Origin: Piedraia hortae CBS 480.64
Taxonomy: Eukaryota
Assembly: GCA_010093745.1 (NCBI GenBank)
Contig: MU005977.1
Span: 62,001-122,195 of the forward strand
DNA length: 60,195 nt
Direction: 5' to 3'
Shown piece by piece: positions 35,468-46,909 of the stretch. A program made the position numbers and the translations under genes. Numbering within the stretch: the first letter of the stretch is position 1; each line of letters starts with the position of its first letter. The notes under the pieces are model-generated. The model was not told the origin of the DNA, did no database searches, and was given only the letters and a program-made list of their open reading frames with translations.

Positions 35468-37141
35468 ATGCGGTCGCACACTCGCGCGGCTTGGAGACTT
35501 TTGAAGACTTTTAGGAGGCCGTCACAACCATTTTACCGCTGTGTTTGTCCCAGTCCGATTGCTGCCAGTACAAATAAGTTTGCAGTTTCGCATGAACACA
35601 ATCTGGTCAAATCGCTGCCTTTGACCTGTCCTGGATGTGGCGCGTTGAGCCAGACAAATGATCCCCAAGCACCTGGGTTCTACGATTCAAAAAAGGCAGC
35701 GAAGAAACAGCGCAGCTTAACAGCAAAGGCCGAAGAAGACCAAGTCTTTCGCAGTGCAGTGGAGAAGGGTCTCATCCCGGCAGCTCCATCTCCAGAGAGC
35801 ACGGTTGATACCCCCACAATATGCGCCCGATGTCATGCCCTTCGGTACCAATCAAGCGGGGAGAGCATTGCCCATCCCTCGATAGGCTCCATACGCGCCA
35901 TGTTGAAGAAGAGTCCCCATAAGGTCAACCACATCTACCAAATCATTGACGCTGCCGACGCCCCAGCTTCGATCATTCCAAATCTGAACCGTGCCTTGGC
36001 TCTACCTCGTCTGCGCAGCAAGAACCGCCGCAGCAAAGAGCATCGTCGGGTCGCCAATGTTTCGTTCATCATCACACGTAGCGACCTGCTGGCTTCTAAG
36101 AAAGAAAAGGTTGATGAATTATTCCCTTACTTTCGCGAACTGATACGAGGCGCTCTGAGCAAGGCCAGTAAGAACGCTCGACTGGGCAACGTATGGCTGG
36201 CGAGTAGCCATCGAGGGTGGTGGACTCGCGAGATCAAGGAGGATATATGGAAACGCGGCGGAGCGGCTTGGATGGTTGGCAAGGTCAATGTCGGCAAGAG
36301 TGCGCTGTTCTCCAACATTTTTCCCAAAGGGCGGGGGGAACACAAAGAGCATGTATATAAATCCCCATCGAAGTCTTTGCATGATGCAGAAACAGACGGC
36401 CTGCTTCCACCAGCAAGACCAGAAACAGCGTACCCAGAAATGCCCCTCGTCTCCTCCCTCCCTGGAACAACAGCACTACCAATCCGCATACCCTACGGCA
36501 GCGGGCGAGGCGAAGTGATCGACCTCCCCGGGATCCAACGCACCGACATCGAAAAGTGGATCGCACCCGAATTCCACAAAAATCTCATCATGAAATCCCG
36601 AGTAACACCTGAGCAGTTCGTCATCCATCCCGGCCAATCCCTCATCTTGGGCGGTCTAATCCGCATCACCCCCAGCCTCCAACCCAACGAAGTAATGCTC
36701 GCCCATCCCTTCGTCCCGCCAAGCTTCACTCCGCACGTAACAAGCACCCACAAAGCAATCGCTCTCCAAACGGGGATCCACTCCTCCCTATCCAAATCCC
36801 TCGAAGGCCAGGCCTGGAAGGGGAACATCCCCACAATAGCCACTGCCTCCGCGCGGGAAAACATCCTCTCCGCGGGATCCTTCCACCTAGAACACGACTC
36901 CACGAGAAAACTCACCGGCCCATTAACCTCCCCCTCAGCGGGGAAACAAAAACCGTCCAACCTTCCCTTTATCGTCTACTCTTCCGACATTGTAATCGAA
37001 TCAATCGGCTGGGTTGAGCTATCCTCTCAAGTCCGCAAATCAGCAAACCTAGTCCCGGAGGTCGAAGTCTTTAGCCCCGGAGGGGGGTACATCACCCTCC
37101 GTCCCCCCCTCCACGCATCAACTTTGACACCAACACACTGA
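35468..37141 (+). CDS. GEP3: mitochondrial circularly permuted GTPase (YqeH/Gep3/Mtg3 family)
   Basis: CPGCG...CARCH Zn motif; G4 TRSD precedes G1 GKVNVGKS, G2 SSLPGTT and G3 DLPG. Confidence 0.88.
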   Translation: MRSHTRAAWRLLKTFRRPSQPFYRCVCPSPIAASTNKFAVSHEHNLVKSLPLTCPGCGALSQTNDPQAPGFYDSKKAAKKQRSLTAKAEEDQVFRSAVEKGLIPAAPSPESTVDTPTICARCHALRYQSSGESIAHPSIGSIRAMLKKSPHKVNHIYQIIDAADAPASIIPNLNRALALPRLRSKNRRSKEHRRVANVSFIITRSDLLASKKEKVDELFPYFRELIRGALSKASKNARLGNVWLASSHRGWWTREIKEDIWKRGGAAWMVGKVNVGKSALFSNIFPKGRGEHKEHVYKSPSKSLHDAETDGLLPPARPETAYPEMPLVSSLPGTTALPIRIPYGSGRGEVIDLPGIQRTDIEKWIAPEFHKNLIMKSRVTPEQFVIHPGQSLILGGLIRITPSLQPNEVMLAHPFVPPSFTPHVTSTHKAIALQTGIHSSLSKSLEGQAWKGNIPTIATASARENILSAGSFHLEHDSTRKLTGPLTSPSAGKQKPSNLPFIVYSSDIVIESIGWVELSSQVRKSANLVPEVEVFSPGGGYITLRPPLHASTLTPTH

Positions 37142-37214
37142 GCGGAAAACTGTATGATACATTACTCTACTGATCACTACAATACAAACCCCCAACCCAT
37201 GTAACAAACCTACA

Positions 37215-37946
37215 CTATGTATTCTTAACAACCCCCACTTTCGCCGCCCTCAACACCCGTCCATTAAGCCTAAACCCCGTCTGCTGGGTATAAAACACCG
37301 TCCCATCCTCCTTCCCCTCCTGGGGCGCTTGAAACGTAGCCTCCATAACGTTCGGATCGAACTTTTCGCCCTTCGCCGCCGGATCGTACTTCTCTACCCC
37401 ATGCCTCTTTAACGTCTGCAGCAGAACATCGGCCGTCATCTTAATCCCAGAATGTAGGTTCTTCAAATCCTTTGAGGGTGGGTCACTTGTTGAGTTTAGT
37501 TTTGACTCGGGGACGGTTGCCAACGCGAGATCGAGGTTGTCGACGGTATCGACTAGATCCTTTGCGAATTTTTGGAGCGCAAAGTCCCGTGCGGATTGGA
37601 TCTCGCGTTTGGTTTGCGTTTGGAGGTTGCGGTAGTCCGCCACGGAGCGTTTGAGGCGGTCGTCGAGGGTGCGGATTTGGGTTTCTTTCGCTTCGAGTTG
37701 TTTTGCTAGGTCCGCGGGGGGCTCCTTGGGGGGTGAGGTTGTGGATGAGGTGGGTGTGTCTTTGGGGGAAGCTTCTGTTGCTGCTGCTGCTGCCGCCTCG
37801 CCTTCGGCTGCCGATTCGGATTTGCTTTCGGAGTAAAATCTCCCGAGTCTTTGGGTGAGGACGGGAGAGGGGTAGATTGGGCGTGTGCAGCGGATTGACG
37901 AGGGGAATGGGAGAGGTCGCGCTCGGAATAGAGTTCGTTGAAGCAT
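37215..37946 (-). CDS. MGE1: mitochondrial GrpE nucleotide exchange factor
   Basis: RSVADYRNLQ, FALQKFAKDL, KFDPNVMEA and GFRLNGRVLRAAKVGVV. Confidence 0.95.
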   Translation of the reverse strand: MLQRTLFRARPLPFPSSIRCTRPIYPSPVLTQRLGRFYSESKSESAAEGEAAAAAATEASPKDTPTSSTTSPPKEPPADLAKQLEAKETQIRTLDDRLKRSVADYRNLQTQTKREIQSARDFALQKFAKDLVDTVDNLDLALATVPESKLNSTSDPPSKDLKNLHSGIKMTADVLLQTLKRHGVEKYDPAAKGEKFDPNVMEATFQAPQEGKEDGTVFYTQQTGFRLNGRVLRAAKVGVVKNT

Positions 37947-38771
37947 TGTTTGGTGGTGAGTGAGGTGAGCTGAATTTTTCCGCGACGATGCGCTAGGACG
38001 CGGGTACTCCCGTGCGGCGAATCAGGTTGGGGGAGTTTTTGGACGGGAGATGAGATGGTGGATGATGGAGGGCTTGCTATGGGTATGGATTGCTATGGGG
38101 ATATGTAGTTCTTGTGCAAAGTTTATTTACATGTTGCTCGTGGAGTGGGCTATCGCTGACGCGATGCTTCTCTTACAGTCAGATGGCGTCTCGAGGGTTC
38201 TTAATGATTGAACTGAGTGGTTTACGTGCATCTTGGCCACATGGCGCTAGTGCTTCTGGAGAATGCTACTGGGTTCCAATTATGGAAGACATTACGCCCT
38301 TCAGGATAACGCACACCGTTTTTGTGGCCCGCAAAAGCCCACGGGCACCATTTTGTATCGCTATCAAAGCTCATGAGCAAGCCAGAGGCAAGAAGTCATC
38401 TTCCACACTCTCTGCAGGCCTCTACGTCGGCTGCTTGAGGGCGAGTCAGTGTGGTCAACTCCTTTCAAATTGTCCAGGGGGATCGATCTAAAAGAAGCAT
38501 TCCTGGTCGTTTCAAGATGAGAACGGACTGCCACAACGAGGAAACAGCATCACAACTTCAAGGACATCAAAGGCAGCAATAACGATGACAGAACTGCGTG
38601 CGCATCTCACGAGTGCCGTTACGCCAAAGCCGAGACTGGCATGGCAGAATGAAGATAGAATCCAGCATAGATTAACGTTTCATCAATGCACGGCCATTCT
38701 ACCGAATCATAAGAAATGAAACGAGAGAAAATTCCCCGTTTCCTCTCACTCCTCCCTCTTCCAGCTCCAAG

Positions 38772-40055
38772 ATGCTCTTCAACGTGGTACTGGCGACCAC
38801 GCTGGCCTCGCTCGGAGCAAGCAGTCCGACGCGCGTGCCTCTAAGGCAACATCCCGCCCAGCCAAACGCAGTGCGTCCGGTCGTCCATGCCCTTCATAAA
38901 CACGCGTACAAGGGAGCTGTAGCGTCCAAGCCAGCGCCCGAGACTCTGGATTCCGGTTTCTGGTTCGGCTCGTTCGATGTTGGCAATGCCAAGAACCTTT
39001 CCCTCTTGATCGATACTGGCTCCTCAGACGTGGCCGTGAACCCTGGCCTGTACAAACCAGGAGTAGGTTTGCCGCATTGTAAACGCATTAAACATACTGA
39101 ATTCTTGTAGTCTGAATCGTCCGACCTCCAGCACGCCGGCGACTTGGGGTATGCGACTGTGAATGTCAACGGATGCGGCAAGGCCAAGATCCATTACAAC
39201 ACGTTCGAAGATGCCGTCACCCAAGGACAGCTCACCGCTCATAAACAAGCGCTGGGGAACATCGTTGCAACGCCTCCACCAGACAACGGAACCATCACCA
39301 CCCTTCCCCATGATGGCTTGGTTGGCTTCGGAGTGCCTCAAGCCGGACAGACGCAAATGGGCGGGAAACCATTCTTCTCTTCGCTGTGCGAGCAGAAATC
39401 TGTTGATAAGTGCCGATTTGGCTTGGCTTACGGTACCGATGGTACTGGTGCTCAGATCCTCGGCGGCGTAGACAACTCCCTCTTCGATGGTGATCTGAAG
39501 ACATCATCGAGCGACACGACCTGGAACGCGCAGTGCTCTGTAAAGATCAACAACAAGGATTCCGTCAGCGAGAACCAAAAAGTCCTTTTCGACAGTGGGA
39601 CCGCGAACGTAGGTCAATCATTCAATGCAACAAATCCCTTCCCCAGCTGATATAATTAGGTCGTCGGCCCACCATCCCAGGTCCGTCAACTCTTCTCCAA
39701 ACTGGGCATCCAAGCCGTGGAACAGAATCTCCCGGGATGTACATCCGTCTTGTTCGGGTACTACGATTGCGCCGCGCCGCCGACGGTCGGGTTCACCATT
39801 GGAGATGAGACGTTCAACATCGCGGCTTCAGCTTTCCAGCAAGCGAAGAACGGACCGAATAACTGCACTGCCGTCATCACCGGTATCGACTTTGGTATGC
39901 TTCGTCCTGTTCCATCTCTACCATATGCTGACTTCCTAGGCTCCGATTTCTGGATCGTCGGCCAGGCGTGGTTCCAGGGCAAGTACGTAGACTTTGACGT
40001 TGACCACTCTCAAATCGGTGTAGCGAGTCTCAGAAAGGCGCACCAACTCAGCTAG
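38772..40055 (+). CDS. secreted aspartic protease (pepsin A1 family)
   Basis: Signal peptide, two catalytic motifs LIDTGSSD and LFDSGTA, DGLVGFG, and WIVGQAWFQGKYVDFD. Three introns (39063-39110, ~39609-39659, ~39895-39939). Confidence 0.9.
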
Positions 40056-40095
40056 ATTGTGATACAACGTGAGGTAGGAACCGTAAATTGCATTT

Positions 40096-40111
40096 GGGGG
40101 GGGGGGGGGGG
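40096..40111 (+). repeat. poly-G tract (16 nt)
   Basis: Directly visible. Confidence 0.9.
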
Positions 40112-40340
40112 AAACTATCCACCTATATAGAGAAGCGTGGGAGAACAGACAAACTTTGTCTCTGTTTCTTTGTCAAACAAGCAAAGAGTAGACACCTTGC
40201 ATCGCCACGACATCGTTCCTGCCAGACCTGACGGGCATCCCGGGGCAGTCCCCATAGTCTTTTAACAGATTGTATAGAACCTGCACTAGTCCGAAAAGGG
40301 GCGTATCACTTCATCCTCTGTCAACCGGCATGCCTAACCC

Positions 40341-41519
40341 ATGAAACGGGCGGTGTCCCCACCGTTACCAACCCCAACATCAACATCAACAATGGAAAAA
40401 AAAATCCTCATCATCCTCACCGGCGGAACAATCTGCATGAAACCCAGCCACTCCGGCTACATCCCCTCATCCGGCTTCCTGGAGGAGGGAGTGTCCCCCA
40501 AAACCTCCCTCAATGACGGGACTCAAAAGATCCCCCTACCCGCCTACCCCGAAACCCCCGCCAACGAAGCGATCACCCTCCCCTCCCTTCGCACCCCCAA
40601 AAGCCGGCACGGCCGGCACGTCCGGTACTGCGTCCTCGAATTCAGCACCATCCTCGACAGCAGTAGTATCAATCAAACAACCTGGTCCCTCCTCGCCACC
40701 ACCATCTCCAAAAACCACCCCCTCTTCGACGGCTTCATAATCCTGCACGGAACAGACACGCTAGCGTACACTAGCAGCGCGCTAAGCTACCTACTCACAA
40801 ACCTCGACAAAACCGTAATTCTAACAGGTTCCCAAACCCCAATTTTCGAGCTCAGGAGTGATGGGGAGTCGAATCTCCTCGACTCACTGATGATAGCGGG
40901 TCATTACACAATCCCCGAGGTATGTCTGTTTTTTAATCGGAAGTTATATAGGGGGAATAGGTGTACAAAGGTTTCGGTGAATGGATATGAGGCTTTCGCA
41001 TCGCCGAACTTCCCACCCCTGGCCGTCTGCCAGACGGACCGGATTGAGGTTAATTGGGATTTGGTGCTGAGGAATCGCGACCCGGAGGCGTTGAGGGTTG
41101 AGAAGCCGCTCGAGATGGGTGGGATCGATATCCTTGGCGTTTTTCCGGGGATGACGGCGCAGAGGGTGGGGAGGGGGTTGAGTGACGAGGGGCTCAGGGG
41201 CATTGTGGTTTTGACGTTTGGGGCGGGGAATGTTCCCTCCAGTGAAGGGAATTCGATCCTAGGGCCGTTGAAGGAGGCGGCGGAGAGGGGGGTTGTGATT
41301 GTTAGTGTGACGCAGTGTCTTGTGGGCAGTGTGACGCCGAGGTATGCGCCTGCCGCGGCGCTGGAGAAAATGGGTGTTGTTCCCGGGTGGGATTTGACGC
41401 TCGAGGCCACAGTGACGAAGTTGGCGTTTTTGTTTGCGCAGGGGAGGGGACAGGAGGAGGTAAAGAGGTTGATGACGGTTCCGGTGAGGGGGGAGATGAC
41501 GGTTAAGGGGAAGTTGTAG
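40341..41519 (+). CDS. L-asparaginase (type I, cytosolic)
   Basis: IILTGGTI, LDSSSI, ILHGTDTLAYTSS, LTGSQ and GNRCTK. Alternative start at 40392. No C-terminal ankyrin extension. Confidence 0.93.
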   Translation: MKRAVSPPLPTPTSTSTMEKKILIILTGGTICMKPSHSGYIPSSGFLEEGVSPKTSLNDGTQKIPLPAYPETPANEAITLPSLRTPKSRHGRHVRYCVLEFSTILDSSSINQTTWSLLATTISKNHPLFDGFIILHGTDTLAYTSSALSYLLTNLDKTVILTGSQTPIFELRSDGESNLLDSLMIAGHYTIPEVCLFFNRKLYRGNRCTKVSVNGYEAFASPNFPPLAVCQTDRIEVNWDLVLRNRDPEALRVEKPLEMGGIDILGVFPGMTAQRVGRGLSDEGLRGIVVLTFGAGNVPSSEGNSILGPLKEAAERGVVIVSVTQCLVGSVTPRYAPAAALEKMGVVPGWDLTLEATVTKLAFLFAQGRGQEEVKRLMTVPVRGEMTVKGKL

Positions 41520-41569
41520 GTTTATATAGATGGGATGAGGACATGTCATTAGATTCATAAACGGCGTGG

Positions 41570-44113
41570 TTATAGTAGAAAGACTTCGATGACTTTTCCC
41601 CTTTTCTCTTTACCCTTTCCTCCCGCGTGGATGACTAGGCCGCCAAAGAAGGTGGCGTACCCCCTCGCTATTCCCAGCCTTTCCTGTCCGGTAACGCCCA
41701 AAACCTCATCCAAAATTCGCCGTAACATCGCCACAACGAGGACGAATGCGACCGCGTTCCGCGGCTTCCGCGCAAGAATCTCCTGGATGCCCACCCTGGC
41801 CTTATCCAAGTCGCTTTCACCCAGGAGGTTCGATTTCAGGATCGCTTCCCACAGATCTGGGGGTATGATTCCCTCGGGGAGGTATGTCAAGAACAACGTC
41901 AAGAGCTGGGAGATTGTATACAGCCATTCCAATGTGGGGAGATCGGTGAGCGGTTCGTTTGTATCCAATAATCGAGCCGCTTTCTCGAGATTGCCATCAT
42001 CGAGGGATGCTTCGCGAAACGGCCAGATTGGGTTCACATTCCAAGGTGCGGGTTCGGTTTGCGCTGGCTCAGAGAATGCGAGAGTTGTGAGCTTCTCCAC
42101 CGCCTCAGTCAGACGAAGGAGTTCGCGCGGGGCGGAGGAGTAGATGTAATTGTCATCGTGGGTTTTGTTAACGGTGCGGACTCCACCCTCGGGGATGCGG
42201 ACCAGTTCGTCCATCGTTAGACTCAGACTCGTCCGGAGCCACTGTGCCCGTACAGAGATGAAATGGTCCCTTCCGCCTTCTACTCGTAAAACGAGGACGT
42301 CTTCGATTTTAGCTGGGCCGTTGTTTAGGCTTTTGATCACTTCGCAGTCAACGACGTGAGTCTCTAACTCGACCTCGCTGCACTCTCCAGGTTCAAGAGC
42401 GATGTGATTATTTGCAGTTGTGATAGCTGAATGGGACACGGCGATGGTGAGCCAGTTGGGACATATACTCATTTCGTCTCCCGCGGGACGCTCGATGAAG
42501 CTTAGTTTGGCCGTCATGCGGCTTGTGTTTGCTGCTGTCAACGTACGGCGTTTAACAGAGGCGAATTCAAGGTCGCCAAAGTCGATGATGCCTTCGGAGT
42601 CAGAGGCTTCCGCCTGGTGTCTGTCGACTACGACGGTCACGTTGGGCCGACTCTCGTTCTCGGCTCGATCAAGTGCCTTGGCCACTTCGGCGTGCACTTT
42701 GGCCTTCAGCTCAGGAACGACTCGGTCGTATTGGAGGGTGAATGTCGCTGTGAGGGGCTTGTGGTCGCTGGATACCACTTTCTGATGGGCAGCGTACTGC
42801 TCGAGGATTATCTCATCGCCAACGCCTTCTTTGGTCATTACTCTAGCCAGGTCGTGGTCTTCGTCGTCTGCGCCGTCAAATTCGGGGTCGTAATCATACA
42901 GAATCTCCTCGTCGTCACCAGCTTGGTCGGTGCCGTTGGCTTTCATTTCGTTATCGCGTTTCAGTGCCTCAGCCTCTTCTAGTAGTTTCTTGTCATACAT
43001 TAAGCGGTCTCGCCTTGTGCGGTAGAGGATGCGATCGCACCAACTTGGCGCGCGTTTCTTATCGCTCGAGTCGAATACTCCCACTTTGCCGACATCGTAC
43101 TTGTATGTGGGAAGGAAAGTGATGGGACCCTCGTGCCATCCATCTTGAAACGCCTTCCGACTCTTCATCTGTTGCTGGAGCTCGTCATGGGGTAGTAAAG
43201 ACGACAGCGTCGTTTGCAAAGATGTTGGATCTTCGTCGTCTGCGATATTCTTCTTTACTTGTGCCGAGTCCGCAGACTCCTCTGCCTCCTCCTCCTCGGT
43301 CGAATGCAGCGCAAGCAACTTCCGCACATCCTCAGCCGGAACGCCTTCAAGCCGATAATTCAAATCCCCAAACCAAAATGCAAAATCCTCATCCCCAATC
43401 CTCTCCCCTGAATTCGAATCCACCCCATCTTTAATCGGCGCAAAACGCACCCGGCTAACAACCTGCGCTGCATCCCAATTCCTCCTTTCCAACGCACCCT
43501 GATCCGCACCAGCAGACATGTGCGAGTTCACAAAAACCAATCTCGTCGACTCCCCAATCACAACCCTCGCAGCCACAGCGCCTTTATTCCCCATGAGCCC
43601 TCCAATCCCCGTCCCCACACTTGTCGAGCTCACAAACTTGACATCACCCCTGACCTCTTCAGATGCATAAACCAAAAGCAGCAGGCCAACAAGCTGCTGT
43701 TCCACAACAAGCGCAAATCCCTCCGGCAGCGCCGCAGCAACCGCATCCTTCCACCTTTCCGCGACAGCGGAGTTATGAAACGGCCTCAGTGCTTCCGTAA
43801 AGGAATTAAGATCCACAACCTCCTGAAGTCCAAGCACGTACAACCCAACCGGCCTCCTATCAACAAACCAACTCCCAAGATCCTTCTCCGTCCCCTTCAA
43901 CGAAGCCGTATTCCACGACCCGACTTTAATCCTAATGTCCGAGGGCCGGACGTATTCCGCTCTGCGGGCGTTAACCGCCTGGGAGAGGTTTACGTGGTTG
44001 GAGGATTGTTGTTGCACGTCGTCTGTAGGGCTGCTGGGGAGTTCGCCGGGGACGTGCTGCATTAGGCTGCTGGCCGTCGTGCTGGTACTGCGGCGGCGGG
44101 GGTCGGACATCAT
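41570..44113 (-). CDS. inositol polyphosphate 5-phosphatase (OCRL/INPP5B-like)
   Basis: GSWN, GLQEVV, MGNKGAV, FWFGDLNYR, PTYKYD, PSWCDRILY and SSDHKP, followed by ASH and RhoGAP-like regions. Confidence 0.93.
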   Translation of the reverse strand: MMSDPRRRSTSTTASSLMQHVPGELPSSPTDDVQQQSSNHVNLSQAVNARRAEYVRPSDIRIKVGSWNTASLKGTEKDLGSWFVDRRPVGLYVLGLQEVVDLNSFTEALRPFHNSAVAERWKDAVAAALPEGFALVVEQQLVGLLLLVYASEEVRGDVKFVSSTSVGTGIGGLMGNKGAVAARVVIGESTRLVFVNSHMSAGADQGALERRNWDAAQVVSRVRFAPIKDGVDSNSGERIGDEDFAFWFGDLNYRLEGVPAEDVRKLLALHSTEEEEAEESADSAQVKKNIADDEDPTSLQTTLSSLLPHDELQQQMKSRKAFQDGWHEGPITFLPTYKYDVGKVGVFDSSDKKRAPSWCDRILYRTRRDRLMYDKKLLEEAEALKRDNEMKANGTDQAGDDEEILYDYDPEFDGADDEDHDLARVMTKEGVGDEIILEQYAAHQKVVSSDHKPLTATFTLQYDRVVPELKAKVHAEVAKALDRAENESRPNVTVVVDRHQAEASDSEGIIDFGDLEFASVKRRTLTAANTSRMTAKLSFIERPAGDEMSICPNWLTIAVSHSAITTANNHIALEPGECSEVELETHVVDCEVIKSLNNGPAKIEDVLVLRVEGGRDHFISVRAQWLRTSLSLTMDELVRIPEGGVRTVNKTHDDNYIYSSAPRELLRLTEAVEKLTTLAFSEPAQTEPAPWNVNPIWPFREASLDDGNLEKAARLLDTNEPLTDLPTLEWLYTISQLLTLFLTYLPEGIIPPDLWEAILKSNLLGESDLDKARVGIQEILARKPRNAVAFVLVVAMLRRILDEVLGVTGQERLGIARGYATFFGGLVIHAGGKGKEKRGKVIEVFLL

Positions 44114-44374
44114 ATATCGTAGACTTGGGGGATTGGGTTATGGTGTTTGAGTATGGGATGGAAGTGGATCGATGGTGATGGTACTGGCTAAGGCATGCTC
44201 ATGGCCCGCTCCTGGAATCCGCTTGGATGACATTGTTGCTTGGGGAAGGATTACATAAGCAGCCTCGTTGCGATGACGTCGTAAGAGAACTGTTTCCGGT
44301 ATTGGGATAGTATGGGATAATGGGTTGGGGGATCAACGGGTATTTATGAGGATCATAAGCCAGGCTACATATGA

Positions 44375-44955
44375 TTAACATCTGGGTTGGTTACATGGCG
44401 ATGCGCCAGAGGTGGCCATTGATACATTCGCGCCGGAAATGGTATAATCCAATGGCTCGTAGTAACCTGCAGAGATATGTTAGCAGTTGGTTTCGATACG
44501 TATGGTAAAGCAGGCTGACCAGAGTACGTTTCATAAGCGCTCAGGATGTACGGGCCGGTTCGATATTCGCCTTCGATGGGACAGATGGAGACGTTAAACC
44601 TGTACGAGTAGTAGCCCGCTGCGGAGTCTTTGTCATCTGGCTTGACGTTTTTGGCGAGCAGCTGGCCGCTACGCATGGCTTGATACGGAGAAGAGCTGAA
44701 TCGAGGCGACAACCACACGGAGAGATCCAGACTGCTGGTCTTAAAGTACTGGCCCGAGCAGTACAGGATTTCAAAGTTGTTGCATTCTGAGTCGGAGATG
44801 TACTGCGATAGGATGGCTCCTTCAGCGGGCTTGTACAAACCTGAGCTCTTTCCAGAGCAGAATGGTGTTGTTGCGTTGGCCTGCCTCGGAGTGATGGGGC
44901 TGGCAAGGGTAGCCGTCGCGTAGCAAGCCAGGAAGGTGAGGAGTGAAGAGAACAT
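44375..44955 (-). CDS. small secreted cysteine-rich protein (paralogue A)
   Basis: Signal peptide MFSSLLTFLACYATATLA. Phase-1 intron 44467-44519, then last exon GYYEPLDYTISGANVSM...CNQPRC*. Confidence 0.78.
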
Positions 44956-45805
44956 GATCAAAGTTGGAAGAAAGTTGAGACGATGTTGTCCTACTTATAA
45001 GATTGCATCCTCGAGCACAGTGGGGCCTCGCGTTGCACAGGCTGGTGCCATGCTTTTGTCATTGGCGACCTCGTGCCGTTCGCGTTCATCTTAGCCCAAG
45101 GACAGGGAAGTTGAATAGAAAACGTCAGCTTGGCAGAAAGATAGCATGCCGTCTGCCCATTCGAATTGCAATGTGATGTGCATGTGATCACCGAGCTGAA
45201 CCCTCGGCTATGAGTCTTGATCAATCGTCGCAATCATCTTGAAGGAGCAGTACTCGACATCGGGGGGTTGTTCAATCCGCTGCATGTACGTCAGTAGACG
45301 AAAAAGCCGGGCATGGTCCCTTGCATGACATGCATGATGTCGGCATCAGAGCTGATTTTACCCGAGCAGGTGGAACAATTTTCTTGCAGGAAAGCTCGTT
45401 CATCGTGCGTCGACAAGTGAAGTAAGGAGGTTTGACCTTCCACCTACGTTATCGTGGCTGCGGCGTTTTCGTGTTCGCCACTGGTTGGGGATGGCTTGGC
45501 AACTTTACAAAGTGATCGACTTGGTCAGCTGTGGGGGAACTTTAGCATGCCGGGCTGTCAGTGCATAGGAACTGCAGGTAATTTATCAAAGGGTATCAGG
45601 AAGATCATCGATAAAACGCCCTCGATCATGTCCTAATAAAAAAACAGTTACTGCGTCACGCTGCGCAGGGCAACTAATTGACCGTTTGGTGGGACTCGGA
45701 AAGGGCCGAACCCAACTGCACTTCATCTCACTTTGGAACAGAGGATGATTAACAAACACTCTTGGATAGCTCATGCGCTATGTACCATACTCATGCCAGC
45801 TCCTC

Positions 45806-46323
45806 TCAGAACGTCTCCATGTTAACATCAATCCTTGAAAGCAAAACCCCGTTCGGATTCTGCCAGCCTGGTATCGCTAGCAGGTGAAGCTTGAGACGAA
45901 GGAATATCACCTACCCGTGTGTATTTCATACGCGGTAATGACCCGGTCCCCCTTGGGGTACCCATCGGCAGATGGACAAACCTTGGCCTTGAACGTGTAC
46001 GAGTTACCATTGCCGTTGTCATCTGGGCGGGCATCTCTCGTGATAACCTGGCCGGTTATAGCGCACGATCCATTCTTATGCTCCGACATCCAGATGTCAA
46101 CAAACAACGTCTCCGTATTTCCACCTTGACTCGAGCAGTAGACCATGTCAAACTCGTTGCACATTCCGTTGGTGGTATTCTGCTTCAAGATAGCGCCGTC
46201 ATACGGCACACGCAAACCATATGACTTGCCATCACAAAGCGGCGACGAACGCTTGCCATTCTCTGCGAAAGTACCTGCTACAAGCGCAGAGAGCATAGAG
46301 AAAATGAACGAGAAGAAAAACAT
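45806..46323 (-). CDS. small secreted cysteine-rich protein (paralogue B)
   Basis: Signal peptide MFFFSFIFSMLSALVAG. LCDGKSYGLRVPYDGAILKQ..CNEFDMVYCS aligns with paralogue A. An intron falls at the same codon (YEIHTG vs YETYSG). Confidence 0.72.
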
Positions 46324-46909
46324 GGCGATGAGCAGCGTGAGGTAGGTTGAGGAAGAAAGTAGGTGTTGAAGTGAGGTGCAGCTATGACATAAAACGCGCC
46401 TTTATTTCCACCGCGAGCAAGCTACCCCACCTGGCTGGCCTGATCAGGTCCAATCGGCTCGTTAGTGCTTGCATCACTGCACATGCCCCTCCATGACATT
46501 GGCAACCACCCGCCAAAATGGGAAGCTGTTGGCACGTGTCTCTTTATTTACAGCATCAAGTAGTTTGAAAGTTGTTCATGCTCCAATAGCCATGCAGAAA
46601 AGATGCATGTTCCTGCACGATGATCCAGTCACTACCAGGCACATGGATTTCAGGTCATATTTTGGCCTCCTGCTTCATCTCATGCAGCCTTCCGGCCAAC
46701 CAGCAGGGCCATTATAACGGCGGGCGGACAGCAACCATGTGATGACGATAGACCAGCTCGACTGCTCTCTTTCATGCAAGCTGAGCGACAATGGAATCGC
46801 TCACATTCGATCGATTGCTCTAACCTGCCTCGCTTGACGCTGCCAAAGAATACATAACGTTGACTCAATATCCATGTTCAAAGAAAGTCAGCTCCTCGCA
46901 AGACAACTA

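Noticed and set aside
38772..46323. Functional gene cluster (protease, asparaginase, phosphatase, secreted proteins)
   Set aside because: No shared pathway, backbone enzyme or regulator; ordinary adjacency.
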